Positions 44,851 to 57,365 of a stretch of DNA of 64,000 nt are shown here, in pieces; the first letter of the stretch is position 1; every line of letters begins with the position of its first letter. The DNA is from Diplonema japonicum (Eukaryota > Protista > Euglenozoa: Diplonemea): assembly GCA_964019335.1 (NCBI GenBank), contig OZ025654.1, positions 62,001 to 126,000 of the forward strand. Direction: 5' to 3'. Made by a program: the position numbers and the translations under genes. Below the pieces are notes generated by a model that ran no database searches, was not told the origin of the DNA, and saw only the letters and a program-made list of their open reading frames with translations.

Positions 44851-45869
44851 AAATACTGTCAACAATGGACTTTTTGTGGGGAGGGGGGAGGGGCTGTAAG
44901 AAGAAAGAAAAAGGAAAAGCAACCGACGGCTCTCCCCTCCCCTGTTTAGAAAAAAAAAAGAGAAAAAAAAAAGGAGTCATTCGCGAATAGCTAACACGGC
45001 TTCCCAAATATATTTTCAATTTTCTTTTCCCCTGTACTTTATTGGTTTACGGTCGTTACTGCCTCAGGAGCGAAAAATCTAAACTATGGGGGGGGGGGGG
45101 GGGGGGGCAATTCTGCCTTCTGTAATATATATTTTTCGGGGAACGGGGCTCCCAAATGATTTTTATCAAAATTGAGGGAGCCAAAGTGGATATCTCTGGA
45201 TATTTTCCCTAGCCTACCTTTGGTGTGTCCAACCCCGCGCGGCGCTCGCTTTTTTTTTTTTTTTTTTTCTCCCTTCTTTTTTTTCTTTTGAAAGATTTTT
45301 AACACTCTGAAATCAAAGATTCAAAAGAAGAAGAGAAAAAAAAAAACTAGCTTGGCGCTTCATTTGTCTGTGCGCACGAGCGGAATTTTACCTAATAAAA
45401 TAACTCATTACTGCTGCTATCAAAAAAACAAAAAAAGGAAAAATCAGTTTGTTAACCGTCTAGTACTGCACAATTAAAGGTCGCTTTTACAAAGACCAGC
45501 CAAGAGTCACCGCTAAGTGAGCGTTTGCATAACTATGATCATAATGTCTGTCGGGTGCTTGCCTCACGGCAGGGGAGGGGGGCATTCTTCCTGCTGGTTT
45601 TAAACATCCCAACCGGTCCCGGGCAATCCTCCGTTGGGCCAACGTGCTGCCCGTCATTGGCACCTGGGTCTTCCTGAACCATGTTGCCAGGTAAAATCCC
45701 AGCCGAAATGCAATGGAAAGTCTCACGAAATATAAAAAAAAAGAAAAAAAAAAAAAAAAAAAAAAAGAGTCGGTTGATTGTGGTTGTGCTATGCCCAACA
45801 ATGCTACTACTCTTTTTAACAAAGACAAAATATATTTTGGGAAACCATGTAGCAAGTTTTAAAAAAAAA

Positions 45870-46810
45870 CTCAAAGTGCAGGACAAACCCCTCATGGGGG
45901 GCCGCCCTTGGGTGGGTTGGGGGGGCTTTCTATTTATACTCCCCTCCCTGAGCGTCTTGCGGAGTCGTGTGTGCGGCCTCGCTTGTAAGCGGCTTTCAGT
46001 TCCATCAGCTTGTCGTGCGTGGAGTGGGTGGCGAAGATGGGCCTCCTGGCGAAACCCATAGCCGTCTTCCCACCTATTGCGATGAGGGACTTCACTCTCT
46101 TCTGTTCATCCGCTGGGAAGGGGCGTGGCTTCTTCCGTGCCCTGCATGCCGCGTTCAGCTTTCTTATCAGTGCTTTGATCTTGCGAGCCCTATCTTCCAG
46201 CAGACCTCCCAATAACTTGCCTGTCGTCCATTCGAAGTCGATGGCCAATTCCACCGCTGACACTTCAGAGCTGGTGTCCTCCTTCACCCATCGTAGCTGT
46301 GACAACCACTGCAGCAGCGGGTTCAAGAATTCTGCGACGATTCCTCCCACTCCTTCGAGCTCCCCCGCCGTTGGCACGAGGCATCTCCTTCCCTCCACAT
46401 TGCGTACCCACGGCAGCGGCTGTGTGCTGGCGTTGTCTATTTGCATGCTCCACATCCCGTTTCCCGACCACCACAGCCATGTATCGCTGCAGCTTCTCCA
46501 GGTGTGCGAAGACATGCCCCCTCGGCAGTATCGCGTGCAGCTCCAGACATAGGGGCCATCCTGATCTGTTGCGCAACGGCTCCATTCCGTCTAGTGCCAG
46601 TTCCCCTTGTGCACAGGCGCACTCATACAGCAGATGAGTACTCGCTCAGCCTGTTGTTAAGTGATGAGCCGTTGTGTGTGAAAATGGTGAATTTCTCGTG
46701 TTCTGGCTCTGGTCCGGGGTGGGGTTCGATACCCTGTTCGGTGAGACGTTCAAATTTCATGTCAGATAAGCGTATCGGATTGTATTTGGAAGGATGGGAA
46801 CGGGGCGGCC
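45870..46810 (-). mobile_element. Internally deleted, diverged LINE derivative (2A region fused to the ORF2 3' end)
   Basis: RLTEQGIEPHPGP..HNGSSLNNRLSEYS joins directly to the YECACAQ region near 46630. Retains the 3' terminus and has A-runs on both sides. Confidence 0.9.
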
Positions 46811-47636
46811 AAAAAAAAAAAAAAAAAAAATAAAAGAATTGTCCTTGCTTCCTCGGGGGTTTTTTATTTTCCCCCCTTTTTTTTTCTTTGCATTCAAAAG
46901 GGCATTTTACACAGGGGTTTTTACACACCTTCCTATCCAAGGGGTACAGGCTGTTACCGCAAGTGTCACATTCTTACGAATGAACCCCTTGTTGGTACAA
47001 AAGCGTGAACAGTTGCCTAAAGGGGGAGGGGGTGGGAGTACGCATGAATCAAGGGGAAAAAAAGAAGAAAAAAAGTTATCTCGATTTTAGTGGTGCCATG
47101 CAGTATGTGACACAGCGGCCACCCTTGTGAAACTTCGCCCCGAAGCCTCCCAAGTCCCCTGTGGTCCCGTAGAAAGTAAAAGTGGAGAAGTAAAGAAAGC
47201 TTGGAAATTGAAATAGGGAGAGGGGCCACAGAAGCAATTAAACACCAACTGGAGAGTTGTGGGAGGCTTGCTTCACTGGCACGATGCCGCGGGGAGGCTA
47301 CTTGCCTGACCTGGTGAAGCCACCTCCTTGTTCGATGTAATGGGATAAGGGACTCTCCGTTGAGGGCGATGCTAACTGGCGCCACGCGTAGGGTGGGCTC
47401 TCCACCCCCGTCCAGGTTTCCCCACGTGTACGGCTTTAGAACGAGAGTTTCCCTTTCGCTTGTGTTTCTCCAAACCACAATTACCAGGAACCACCACAGG
47501 GAGGTTGGAAACATTGGTCCCCATGTTAAAAAAACGATAAAAATTTTCTTCTTAAGTATAAAGGATAAACAACGGTAGTTTTTTTTTTCTTCTTTTTCTT
47601 TTTTTCTTCTACTTCTTTCTTTCCTCAAAACAGGGT

Positions 47637-47671
<35 letters not shown>

Positions 47672-47914
47672 AGACCCGACCGAATTAGAATCCCGGTTCC
47701 AATCGATCAAAAAAAAAAAAAAAAAAAAAAAAAACCTATATCAGGCATAGAACTCACTGCACCACCAATAATTAATTGCCAAATTGAGTAGTCTTCACTC
47801 GAGAAGAATCCACCAGAGAACTGGTCGAAAGATTTATCGGTTTCTAACGAGAGATTTTAGTCCCTCCCCGCTCAAAAAAACACCCCCCCCCATAGGTGTG
47901 GTATCACCGGGAAA

Positions 47915-48803
47915 AAAATAACTATTTATTGCCAACAAATAATGAGTCATTATTTAACTCGAGTTCCCGAATTTTTTGCACGAGGGCCCGCAGGGCCCGA
48001 GTGCAAAAAAACGGGTAACGAGTGTTAAATAATGGCTCATTTGGCGGCAAGTAAGTCGTTTTATTTCACTCTTCGTCATTTGAGTCACTCACTCTTCACT
48101 GCTTTCACTGCTGTTTTTTTTCACGCAGGTCAGCTTTTTGGGGATTTTCCTAAGGTAATACAGGGTAGCTATTTCGCCGTGGCATTTAAAGGGGAAGTAA
48201 GGCACTTATTCCCACTTTTAAGGGCTGGAATGGCCTCAGATGGCCAAAAATAGTCAAAATACCCCCACCCCAAAAAAATTTTTCAAGGGGTTGGGTGCAT
48301 TTTTTTCCACGACAAGACCCATTTTTTCACTCTGAAGGGCCATTATTTAACTGCAAAATCTCATTATTTAACTAGTTAAATAATGGCGATTTCGCGTTAA
48401 ATAATGGCCGTTTCGCGTTAAATAATGGCCATTTCGCGTTAAATAATGAGGCCCCTAGTGAGTGAAGAAAATGACGAAGAGTGAAATAATAGCTATTTAT
48501 TGCCGACAAATAATGAGTCATTATTTAACTCGAGTTCCCGAATTTTTTGCACGAGGGCCCTGCGAATGGCCTCAGATGGCCAAAAATAGTCAAAATACCC
48601 CCACCCCAAAAAAGTTTTTCAAGGGGTTGGGTGCATTTATTTCCACGGCGAGACTCATTTTTCCACTCTGAAGGGCCATTATTTAACTGCAAAATCTCAT
48701 TATTTAACTAGTTAAATAATGGCGATTTCGCGTTAAATAATGGCCATTTCGCGTAAATAATGAGGCCCCTAGTGAGTGAAGAAAATGACGAAGAGTGAAA
48801 TAA
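47915..48803. repeat. Complex palindromic and tandem repeat block
   Basis: Long imperfect hairpin centred near 47990. Direct repeats 47923-47989/48494-48560 and 48228-48489/48564-48803, plus 19-bp TTCGCGTTAAATAATGGC micro-repeats. Confidence 0.85.
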
Positions 48804-49779
48804 AAAAACATAAAAATGATGCTTTTTTTCTTTTTTTTTTTTCACCCCGCGGTTGCCTTACTGCTGCATTCCTACGATGGGACTTTTTCTTTTTTTGGGG
48901 GGGGGTATTTCTTTTCCGTTCAACTTGGGACTTTTCTCGGTCCAAACCTTTCCTTTAAAAAGAATTTAAAAGAGGAACTGGCCGTTGTTTGTACGTGCCG
49001 GGTAAAATCTTGGAGAAGTTTGTCAACCCGAAACACGTTGCCAACGTTCCCCTTTTGTTTAGACAAGTCAAAGACTCGTTCTTGCAAAAAAAGGGGGGTG
49101 GGGAAGCGGATCGCAAAAAAAAAAAAGAAAAAAAAAACAGTAACAATAGTGACCTTTTTTTACAAGTTTTTAGTAAAGTATATTCCCCCTCCCCGTTTTT
49201 TTTTTCGTTTTTAGCCACGAATTACCGCAAGGTTCTGGGTGGGAGAGGGGGGGGAGGGTGTTGGGCAATTTCACGAAAAAAGGAAAGGCAAAAAAAAAAA
49301 AAAAAATGTTACCAAATAATGGACATTAGGGTGCACAAATTTGATAGGAATCATGTCACGGAATCCCATTAGGCCACTAGAAGGAGGCTCGAGGAACTAA
49401 TTCATTGGTGTATAAAAAATAAAAAAAAACTTTTTTCGAAAGGGTTTGGGCTCGGTAAAAAGTTATGCCTTTTTTTCTTCTTTTTTTTTTCTTCTGCTGG
49501 AACAAGAATACAAACTTTGAAAAGAACTGTTATTGCAAAATAGAGTAGGCAACTGCAGGTGAAACGGCTTGCTTGCTTGTTTTTTTTTATTCTTCTTTCT
49601 TTTTTTTTTTTCTTCTTTTTTTTCCCTCCCGTTTATTACCACCCCATTTTGTCATATTTATTTTCTTCACTCAGAATAGGGAAAACAAAGTTTTTCAACT
49701 CTACCATTTTCTTTTTTCTTCCAACAAACGTAACATCTTTCCCCCCCTCTTCTTTTTTTTTTTTTAAAAACTATAAACG

Positions 49780-49816
<37 letters not shown>

Positions 49817-51712
49817 AGTTTTGATTGCAACACAACCATCTACTTGATTACAGGGGACGCACCTCGGCCGAGCTCCTACGACCGAGGAGGAGGTCAACAG
49901 CGATCAACACATCTGATGTACTTTTTTATATTTCCACGTTATCCTCCTTTTACCACCTTAAAAAACAAAAGATAGTCGTCCAGTCCACAGTTATCAATTA
50001 ACCAAAAAAAACTACAAAAAAAGAATAGTTATCAAAAGCTTTGCGGTTCTCATAAGCAGAATAGCAAAACACCGTAACAGTGAGGGTGGCTCAGAAATGA
50101 CGAAAGGGTGCTATAAACGACTTTTGCTTCAGCCAAATGAGCCACAAAAGTAAAAAAGCAGAAAAAGAAAAAAAAAAAAAAACCCCTCCTCATATCACTA
50201 AGGTGCTCAGAGAATGGAATAATTCCGTAATCCCTAGGAAACACCCGGATGAGATTCTGTCTGGAAAAAAAAAAAAAAAAAAGAAAAAAACTCCTTCAGG
50301 TTTCTTTTCTTTTTTTCCCCCCCCTTTTCTAGGGAAGATCTTTTAGAAAAAAACATCCCGGTAGTGGACAAAGAGACACAAAGGGGGAGGGGGGTTTGTT
50401 CATCATCCTTATGCCATTTCTTTTTCCCGCTTGTTCTTGTTCCCAACTACTCTATTTGAGGGGGTGGGGGGGGAGGGAATAAGAAGGGAGGAAAGAGGTG
50501 TAAAAATCTTTTTTCTTCTTTCTTTTTTTTTTTTTTTTTGCATCTTCCTTGTTTTTTTTTTTTTTAAAGCCTTGGTGGGAGGGGGTTTTCACTTTGCTGC
50601 AGCCAAAGCCAAAGCCAAAATTAAAATTTGTCGCGATGAGAGTGACGGCATCTGGGCGAGAAACATTACATGGGGTCGTGCTAGGTTTGGCTCGAGGAGA
50701 CGAGCGGTCGGGGAAGGCTGACCTTAAAAAAAAGATTAAAGCCATCCTCGCTTCGCTCGGGAAATAACCCCCTTGGGATAGCATATCAGCCTCTGGACAT
50801 AAAGTTCACTTTATTTATTTAAAAATCAATAGTTATTATTTATATATTCTTTTTTTAAATTCCACCTCCTCTTGGTCTAGCCAGACCGACCCCATCCAGT
50901 TGGGTTGTGTGGAGCCAACGGAATTTATATTAATTAATGTAAATGTAAAGGCCAGATGAGATAAAGGAGGTTCCGTGTTTTGGAACGTCCCCCTTTTCTC
51001 TACTTATCCCTTTCTCCCTTCTGGGCTTTTCTTTCTTTCTTTTTTTTTTAAAAAAAAGAAAAAAGAAAATTCCATAGACCTTTTGGTCAAATTGCGACTT
51101 GTTTTTCTCTTTTTGGCACCATTGCGCGATTTTTTTTTTTTTTTTTTTTTTTCCAGCATTATTTTTAAGAATTTGAGAGGTCTAAAATCCGGGGGGGGAA
51201 ATGAATCAAAAATACTCGACTGGAGCAGAGGGCTGGTCGTGAGCGATGGAAGAGTCCTCTATGAATGTTTCACCTCAAAAAGCCAGTTCAGGTTCAGGGG
51301 AACCCTCCAGAGGTCACTTCTCCATAAAGAACACGTTGTATGGGTAAATGCTGCCATTCCCTTTTTGAATTATTCAGTTGTTAGCCTGTGGGTTTAGTGT
51401 GTTCTTAAAAGGGAAGGGGGTGGGGGGGTGCATAAAAAATCTCGAGTTGTGCTCAGGAGGAACGGCTCAAGGAACCGACATGACACCCAGCTAAGCAAAG
51501 ACTACCCCAAGGAAACTTCTTCGAGACACTGATCAAGGGACGACACTTTGCAAGACCAGGAGCTTGAGGCCTACCGAAGGCACGTAGTTCCAAGAAGAAG
51601 CGGGGGAAAGAGAAATTGAAAACAAAAAAGCAACTTTCTTTTATGCTTTTCTTTTTTCTTTTTTTGCTGCACTGCAAATCAAGAAAATCTTTGGATTCAC
51701 CAGGGAAAGAAG

Positions 51713-51726
<14 letters not shown>

Positions 51727-51749
<23 letters not shown>

Positions 51750-51925
51750 TATGAGTTAAAGGAAGTCTTTGTGAGACGCCCCCTTGTTCTCATCCTCTAC
51801 CTGCATCTATCCCCCTTCAGCAGCGGCTTCTCCTTCTTCGGTGGTCGTGCCGGCCTCCTCCCCAGCTTGGCTACTTTTTCCCTTCTTTCCTTTGCCCATT
51901 GCTTCCCCAGCTCCTCCGGGTCGCG
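51727..51925 (-). repeat. Retroposon-like repeat family E2 with (AT)n tail (second copy 59239-59367)
   Basis: (ta)n-tgagttaaaggaagtctttgtgagacgcccc..cttggcta is shared by both copies; same terminal CCTTTAACTCAT as E1. Confidence 0.75.
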
Positions 51926-51926
51926 G

Positions 51927-51966
<40 letters not shown>

Positions 51967-53055
51967 AATGTGGCGCTTCATTTTGTTTGTGCGCACGAGC
52001 GGAATTTTACCTAATAAAAAGAAAGAAAAAAAAAAAAAAAAAAAAGAGGCATTTAAGGGTACCTGCGGTATGTGGCAGCACGCCCTAAATATCTCATTAC
52101 ATCAACTAGTTTTAGCCTCGACACGGGTTCGCAACGGCTCAAAAAAAAAAAAAAAAAGAAATGGCACGTGGTTCCGTTGGCTTTTGTGACCACCCCTTCT
52201 AAAGAGTGAAAGAAATGTTTTTTTTTTTTTTTTCTTCTTCCTCGGTGATACACTTTCTTTGTTTACAGTATTCACTATTCTTTTTTCTTTTTTTTTTTTC
52301 TTTTTTGCTTTTTTGATTCAAGTTGTAACATAGCCTACACGTTACGCAAGCATAACAAATTGATATTTTAAAATACCCACCATAACGCAAAAAAAAAAAA
52401 GGAGGGGTGCCCGTTATTTTAACGAAATCGAATTAAACAACGTTATTTTATTCAGGGTGAATAGTACAAGTAGATGTTTCCATTATTTTACCAAGACCAT
52501 GTTCATTTTTCTTTTTTTTTTTTCAAAAACCCTAGCAAGGTTCATGCATCTCATGCATCGTCTGGAGTAGCCATGCCTTCCAAACACCCACAAGTACCTC
52601 ATCCTTCCCTGTTGCTTTCTTGAAACAGCGTCTTCTCATTCTCCAAATTTTCACTGATTAAAATAACATAAAATAACGCACTCAAAAATTTTGCACTGTT
52701 TAAATACCCGAACCGATTAAAACACCCGATTGGGTATCGGTATAACATGGCTATGTAAGTAAAAAGAAAAAAAGGGGGGGCGGGGGTAAATATCTTGTGG
52801 ATCGACTTGCGCTTGCTATGATTCCAGGTAGGCAGAGTTGTCCGCACTTCATGGCAGCTCAGCCTCTGTCGCCGTCCTGAGAGTCTGCGGTGGCCAACCT
52901 GCACAACACATGATATACTTCTCTATCCATATTATTCCCTACTGGCCAAATAATAATTTCTTTTTTACTTTTTTTATTTTTTTTTATTGTTTTTTAGGGG
53001 TTTATGATTGCAGAAAATATCTATTGAATGGAAGAAGTTACACAGTTTTTTTTTG

Positions 53056-53092
<37 letters not shown>

Positions 53093-53553
53093 CCCTGCCG
53101 CTCCACAGGGGGAGGCACTGCATGATGACCTCACACTTATGCCCAACTGCCTTTAGCTACTACAAGGATGAACTTGGGTGTCATCATTGCCTTGTTCTTT
53201 TCTTCTTCTTTTTTTTTTCTTCGTTTCCTTTTCTTTCTTTTGTAAATAAAGAACTCAGATGACCACGATAAAAAGTAAATTCTCGGAATTCTTGCCTCCT
53301 GTGTGCAAAGGGGGGGGGGGGGGGGGGGGGCGTAATAAGGAAACAAAAACTCTCAAAAAAGACTCGATGATTTTACGGTTCTCAAAAAAAAAAAAAAAAA
53401 AAAAAAAGGATGAAACAAAAACAAGACTTTTTTTTGTCAGAGAGCCAAAAAAAAAAAAAAAGAAGAAGAGTACCAGGCGCTTGCTCGGGGAAGAGGAGGG
53501 GGAACCTCAAGGAAACCTAAAAACCCCCCACCAGGGATTCTGCGAATGCACAC

Positions 53554-53600
<47 letters not shown>

Positions 53601-53863
53601 GGGGTGAGACCTGGTCTAGTCTATAAATTCCCTTATTCCCTATTTTTTTTTTTCCTCTCTTTTTTGCAGACCAAAATTGTGTTCTCTTTATGGTTGTAAA
53701 GGGGGAGATAAAAAAAAAATGTCGTTTGTTTGAAAGTAAAAAATGAGGGAAAGAGGAGATAAAAAAAGTTTTTTTTAAAAAAAAAGGTCAGGAAGAATAG
53801 GCGAGTGAAACAAAGATAGAACAACAAAAAAAAAAAAGAAATTTTTTCTTTTGGAAAAAGATC

Positions 53864-54358
53864 CTAATCGTCATCTTCAAGGAACGCGAAGAATGTACTG
53901 CCCCAAGCAGATTCGACCACTCCCTCCGAGCTTAAATTACTCTGCCCCGGATCAACGCAGGCAGCATGCTGCAACTTGTCTTGATGGGTTTTGGGCTGAC
54001 TCGGTGTTTGTTGCTTCTCCCTAGTGCAGAGCGACAGCTTCCTGCTGTTGATGTGGAGTCTCCAGCAGGCATCGCCCTTCTTGCATCCTTCTTTCGTGCG
54101 GAAGAATTTGCAGTACATAACTTCCCAGATGATGCCTACAGGGGCGCGCCATTGTCCCTCGCACACCCTGCACCTCAGTGTCATAAGCCCTCTCACCACT
54201 CGCACGTTGTCCCAGTCGTTGTGCTCACACACCACACTGCCCATAGCCCGCTCAATCTCTTCTCTCCCGTACTTCTCCGTCACAAGTTTTTCGCATGCTG
54301 CCGCCATCTTAGTGCTTTTCGAGACGTCGGTGATTTGACTTCCTTCGCTCGATTTCAT
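53864..54358 (-). CDS. Small CCCH zinc-finger protein (paralog 2)
   Basis: Core about 108 aa essentially identical to 41313-41837, with different N- and C-terminal tails. Confidence 0.75.
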   Translation of the reverse strand: MKSSEGSQITDVSKSTKMAAACEKLVTEKYGREEIERAMGSVVCEHNDWDNVRVVRGLMTLRCRVCEGQWRAPVGIIWEVMYCKFFRTKEGCKKGDACWRLHINSRKLSLCTREKQQTPSQPKTHQDKLQHAACVDPGQSNLSSEGVVESAWGSTFFAFLEDDD

Positions 54359-54428
54359 CTTTTCTTTTTTTTTTCCCCCCTTCTCCTCTCCCCCTCCCTT
54401 TTTTGATGGTTTGGTACAAATCTTTTAG

Positions 54429-55229
54429 ATGAGCTCGTCCGGACGAAAATGTCAACACTTTTTTGGGCCTCCGAAAATTTCTTGTTTTGATTATTTGAGC
54501 AAAAAAAAGGGCAGCCATAGGAAGATGACATACATGGTGTACATGACGCCGTTCTTTCAATTGCGATGCTTGTTTTGCCATGAGGGTGGCAGGCTTTGCA
54601 ACCGGCTGCCCCCGGGAAGCGAAAAATAGAGGTCAAAAAAACGGCGAAAAATGTTTAAAATGCAATTTCATTGCTTAAAATGCAGCATCTAGGGTGCATA
54701 AAATTGGTGTTCAAGCGCACTTGTGACCCCTGGGTACAACCCAGGGTCGGGTTACTGTTAAAAGTACTTAGCGAAAAATATATTTTGCTTTTTCAAGGGG
54801 TTTTAAAGGGATTTTAGCCTTAAATAGGCCAAAATGGCACTTTAAGGGTAAGTTCTCCCCACCTCATTTTAATAGTGATTTAGAGTCCAGCCCACCCAAA
54901 ATGACCCCAAAGGTTTCACAGATTTTCAATCTGCATCCATTCCTCCTATCGCTTTTCACGGAAAAACGAAAATAAAAAATGGAGTCTGGGTTATTTGTAA
55001 CTTCCAAATTGAATCGTTTGCCAAAAAACCATTCTAAAAAACATATTTTTGCACGTGCGTTTTAAAAATAAAACAAACGGCGAGCATTTTGACCTATATG
55101 GTGATCAAGCTTAGACTGCATTTCTGCACACAAAGTGGTGTCGGACTACTTTTTTACTTAGAAATTTAACGGGGGTTTTACGCCGCATAGAAGGGTCATT
55201 TGTTGACATTTTTTTCCGGACGAGCTCAT
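54429..55229. mobile_element. Non-autonomous TIR element family C (~800 bp)
   Basis: TIR ATGAGCTCGTCCGGA(CG/AA)AAAATGTCAACA at both ends in inverted orientation. Confidence 0.7.
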
Positions 55230-55585
55230 ATATAAAAAATAAAAATAAAAATAAAATACGTTTGTTTTGTATTTTTTTTTTTTCCTTATATTCCCGACGA
55301 TTTTTTTTTAAGACTCCGCAACAGGGGCAGGAGAGAGAGAGAGGGGGGGGTTCCTCCTCTTTATTTTTGTTTTTATTTTTTTTTTTTTTGCGATAGAGAA
55401 AATGTAGGCAGCTTGTCATCGATCTCAAAAGGAGGCCATTTTTCTTTTTTAGAAAAAAAAAACTTCAACAATATGTTCGTTTGAAGGGCGGGGGGAGGGG
55501 GGGATGGCCGGACTTTTTCTTTTGGTACGATTGAGCAATTTCACCACGCACACCATTGTGGGCAAAGGTGTGTAAAACTACCTTT

Positions 55586-55634
55586 TTTTGTTTTGTTTTG
55601 TTTTGTTTTGTTTTGTTTTGTTTTGTTTTGTTTT
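55586..55634. repeat. (TTTTG)n microsatellite
   Basis: About nine tandem TTTTG units. Confidence 0.9.
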
Positions 55635-56301
55635 TAAAAGTATTTTCTTTTTTTTTTTATCTGAAAAGAGAGAAAGGAGGGAGAGAGGGGGAAAAAGAAA
55701 TGATTTATAACTTATGTACTTGTTGTTCGCACGAGCATAAAAAAAAGAAGAGCTGGCCGTTGTTTGTATAGTTTAGGGGAAAACCAACGGTCCCCTTTTG
55801 TTTAGACAATGGGACTAGCTGCTAAGCTCTTTGCTCGGCACAGTTGCATATGATAACAAAAACCATTTCTTTTTTTTTTTTTTTGCTTTTTTTTTTTTCT
55901 GTAAGACAAATATAAAAAGAGAAAGAAGAACCAAAAAAGATATTCGAACGGAATTTTCTTCCTATACGCACGAAAAAGAAAAAGAAGAAAAAAAGGAAGA
56001 AAAAAAGAAAAACAGAAAAAAAAGAAAAACTCGATGAGACTATCAATGTGCGGAGGGGAGTCATAAAACAAATTTTTCCCCTTTTTTTCCAAGAGGACAA
56101 TTGATTCTTTCAGATGAGAAAAAAAAGAAAAGTCTTTGTTTCTCTTTTTTTTCTTTTCGTTTTCGAAGGCATCCTCATTGCTGAACGGAGAAAATAGGGA
56201 AGGAAGAAAATATAGAAAAAAAAGGGGGGGGGGGAACCGCCCCCCCTCACATAACCAAAACCAAAAGAAATTAACAAAAATACTTTTTTTTTCACTAATC
56301 A

Positions 56302-57330
56302 TCACACATTCACCCCTTGCACGGACCCCCCGTCAGATTCTTCTTCCGTCCCCAAGAGATCTTTAGTTTCCTCCGCATTCTCCTGCAGTTTAGAGTACAC
56401 AAACAGCGCCAGACCGACAACAATTGCAACGGCCCCACATATCTGGAATACCTCAGGAGCGTCGCCAAAGAAAACAAACTCCAGCAAAATGGTGAAAATA
56501 ATCTGAAGCGGCGACAAGGCCACCACAAGGATCGGGTTTGTCCGCTGGTTGGCCCACGCGAGAAGGAAATAACACAAAGACGAGGTCAAGAACACAACAG
56601 AAGCAACAGCAACAATATCTAATACGGAGAGCCGCCAGTTGAGCTCGGTAACACGGGGGAATATGACCATCAGCATGAAGCAGGTACCGCAGGCATACCC
56701 CCATGCTGTCACATGGATGGCCGCGTACCCTTTATCCAAAAGGTGTTTTTGAAGGTAGTAAAACAGCGACCCAAAACACTCCAAGCAGAAGAAATAAACG
56801 CACCCGAGTACCATAGACCCCTTCCCGCTACCGGAGCTGCTGTCGCCACTCGATGAAGCACCGATGGCCATTGTCACAGATGCAAACACCGCCCCACCAA
56901 TGGAGAGGACCAAACCCGTTATTTTCATCCAGAAATTGAGCCTTTTCGGTTGTAATATTTCCCTTCCCAAAGCTACCCCCCATGCGAATGTGAAAACTGG
57001 TGCGGTGTTCGTCCACAGTGAGGTGGTCACCGCGTCTGTTTGATCTAGGCCCAGCACGAGGTAGTACTGTCCGAAGTACACTCCGAAAAGACCTAGGAAG
57101 ACGCATGCTAGGCGGTCCTCTTTGTCAGGCCACACCCATTTCCCCGCCTTCAATCTTGCCACCAGTAGGAGGAACAACCCTGCACCGGTGTCTCTGAGCA
57201 GCACGAACACGCCCGCATCCAGCCCGTCGGAGAGAACTACCTTCGCCAGCACAGCGTAGCCGGCGAAGACCCCGTTCACAACGGCCAGCACGAGGAAGAC
57301 CTGTAGCCTTCTCAGCCATTCACTGCAGCT

Positions 57331-57333
<3 letters not shown>
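56302..57333 (-). CDS. EamA/DMT-family transporter (WAT1/MtN21-like)
   Basis: About ten TM helices in two EamA repeats; GLDQTDAV..WTNTAPVFTF and LSPLQIIFTILLEFVFFGD..QICGAVAIVVGL. ATG at 57333. Confidence 0.88.

Positions 57334-57365
<32 letters not shown>

Noticed and set aside
27610-56300. Numerous K/F-rich ORFs in the ORF track
   Set aside because: They are translations of A/T homopolymer runs with no protein-like composition.
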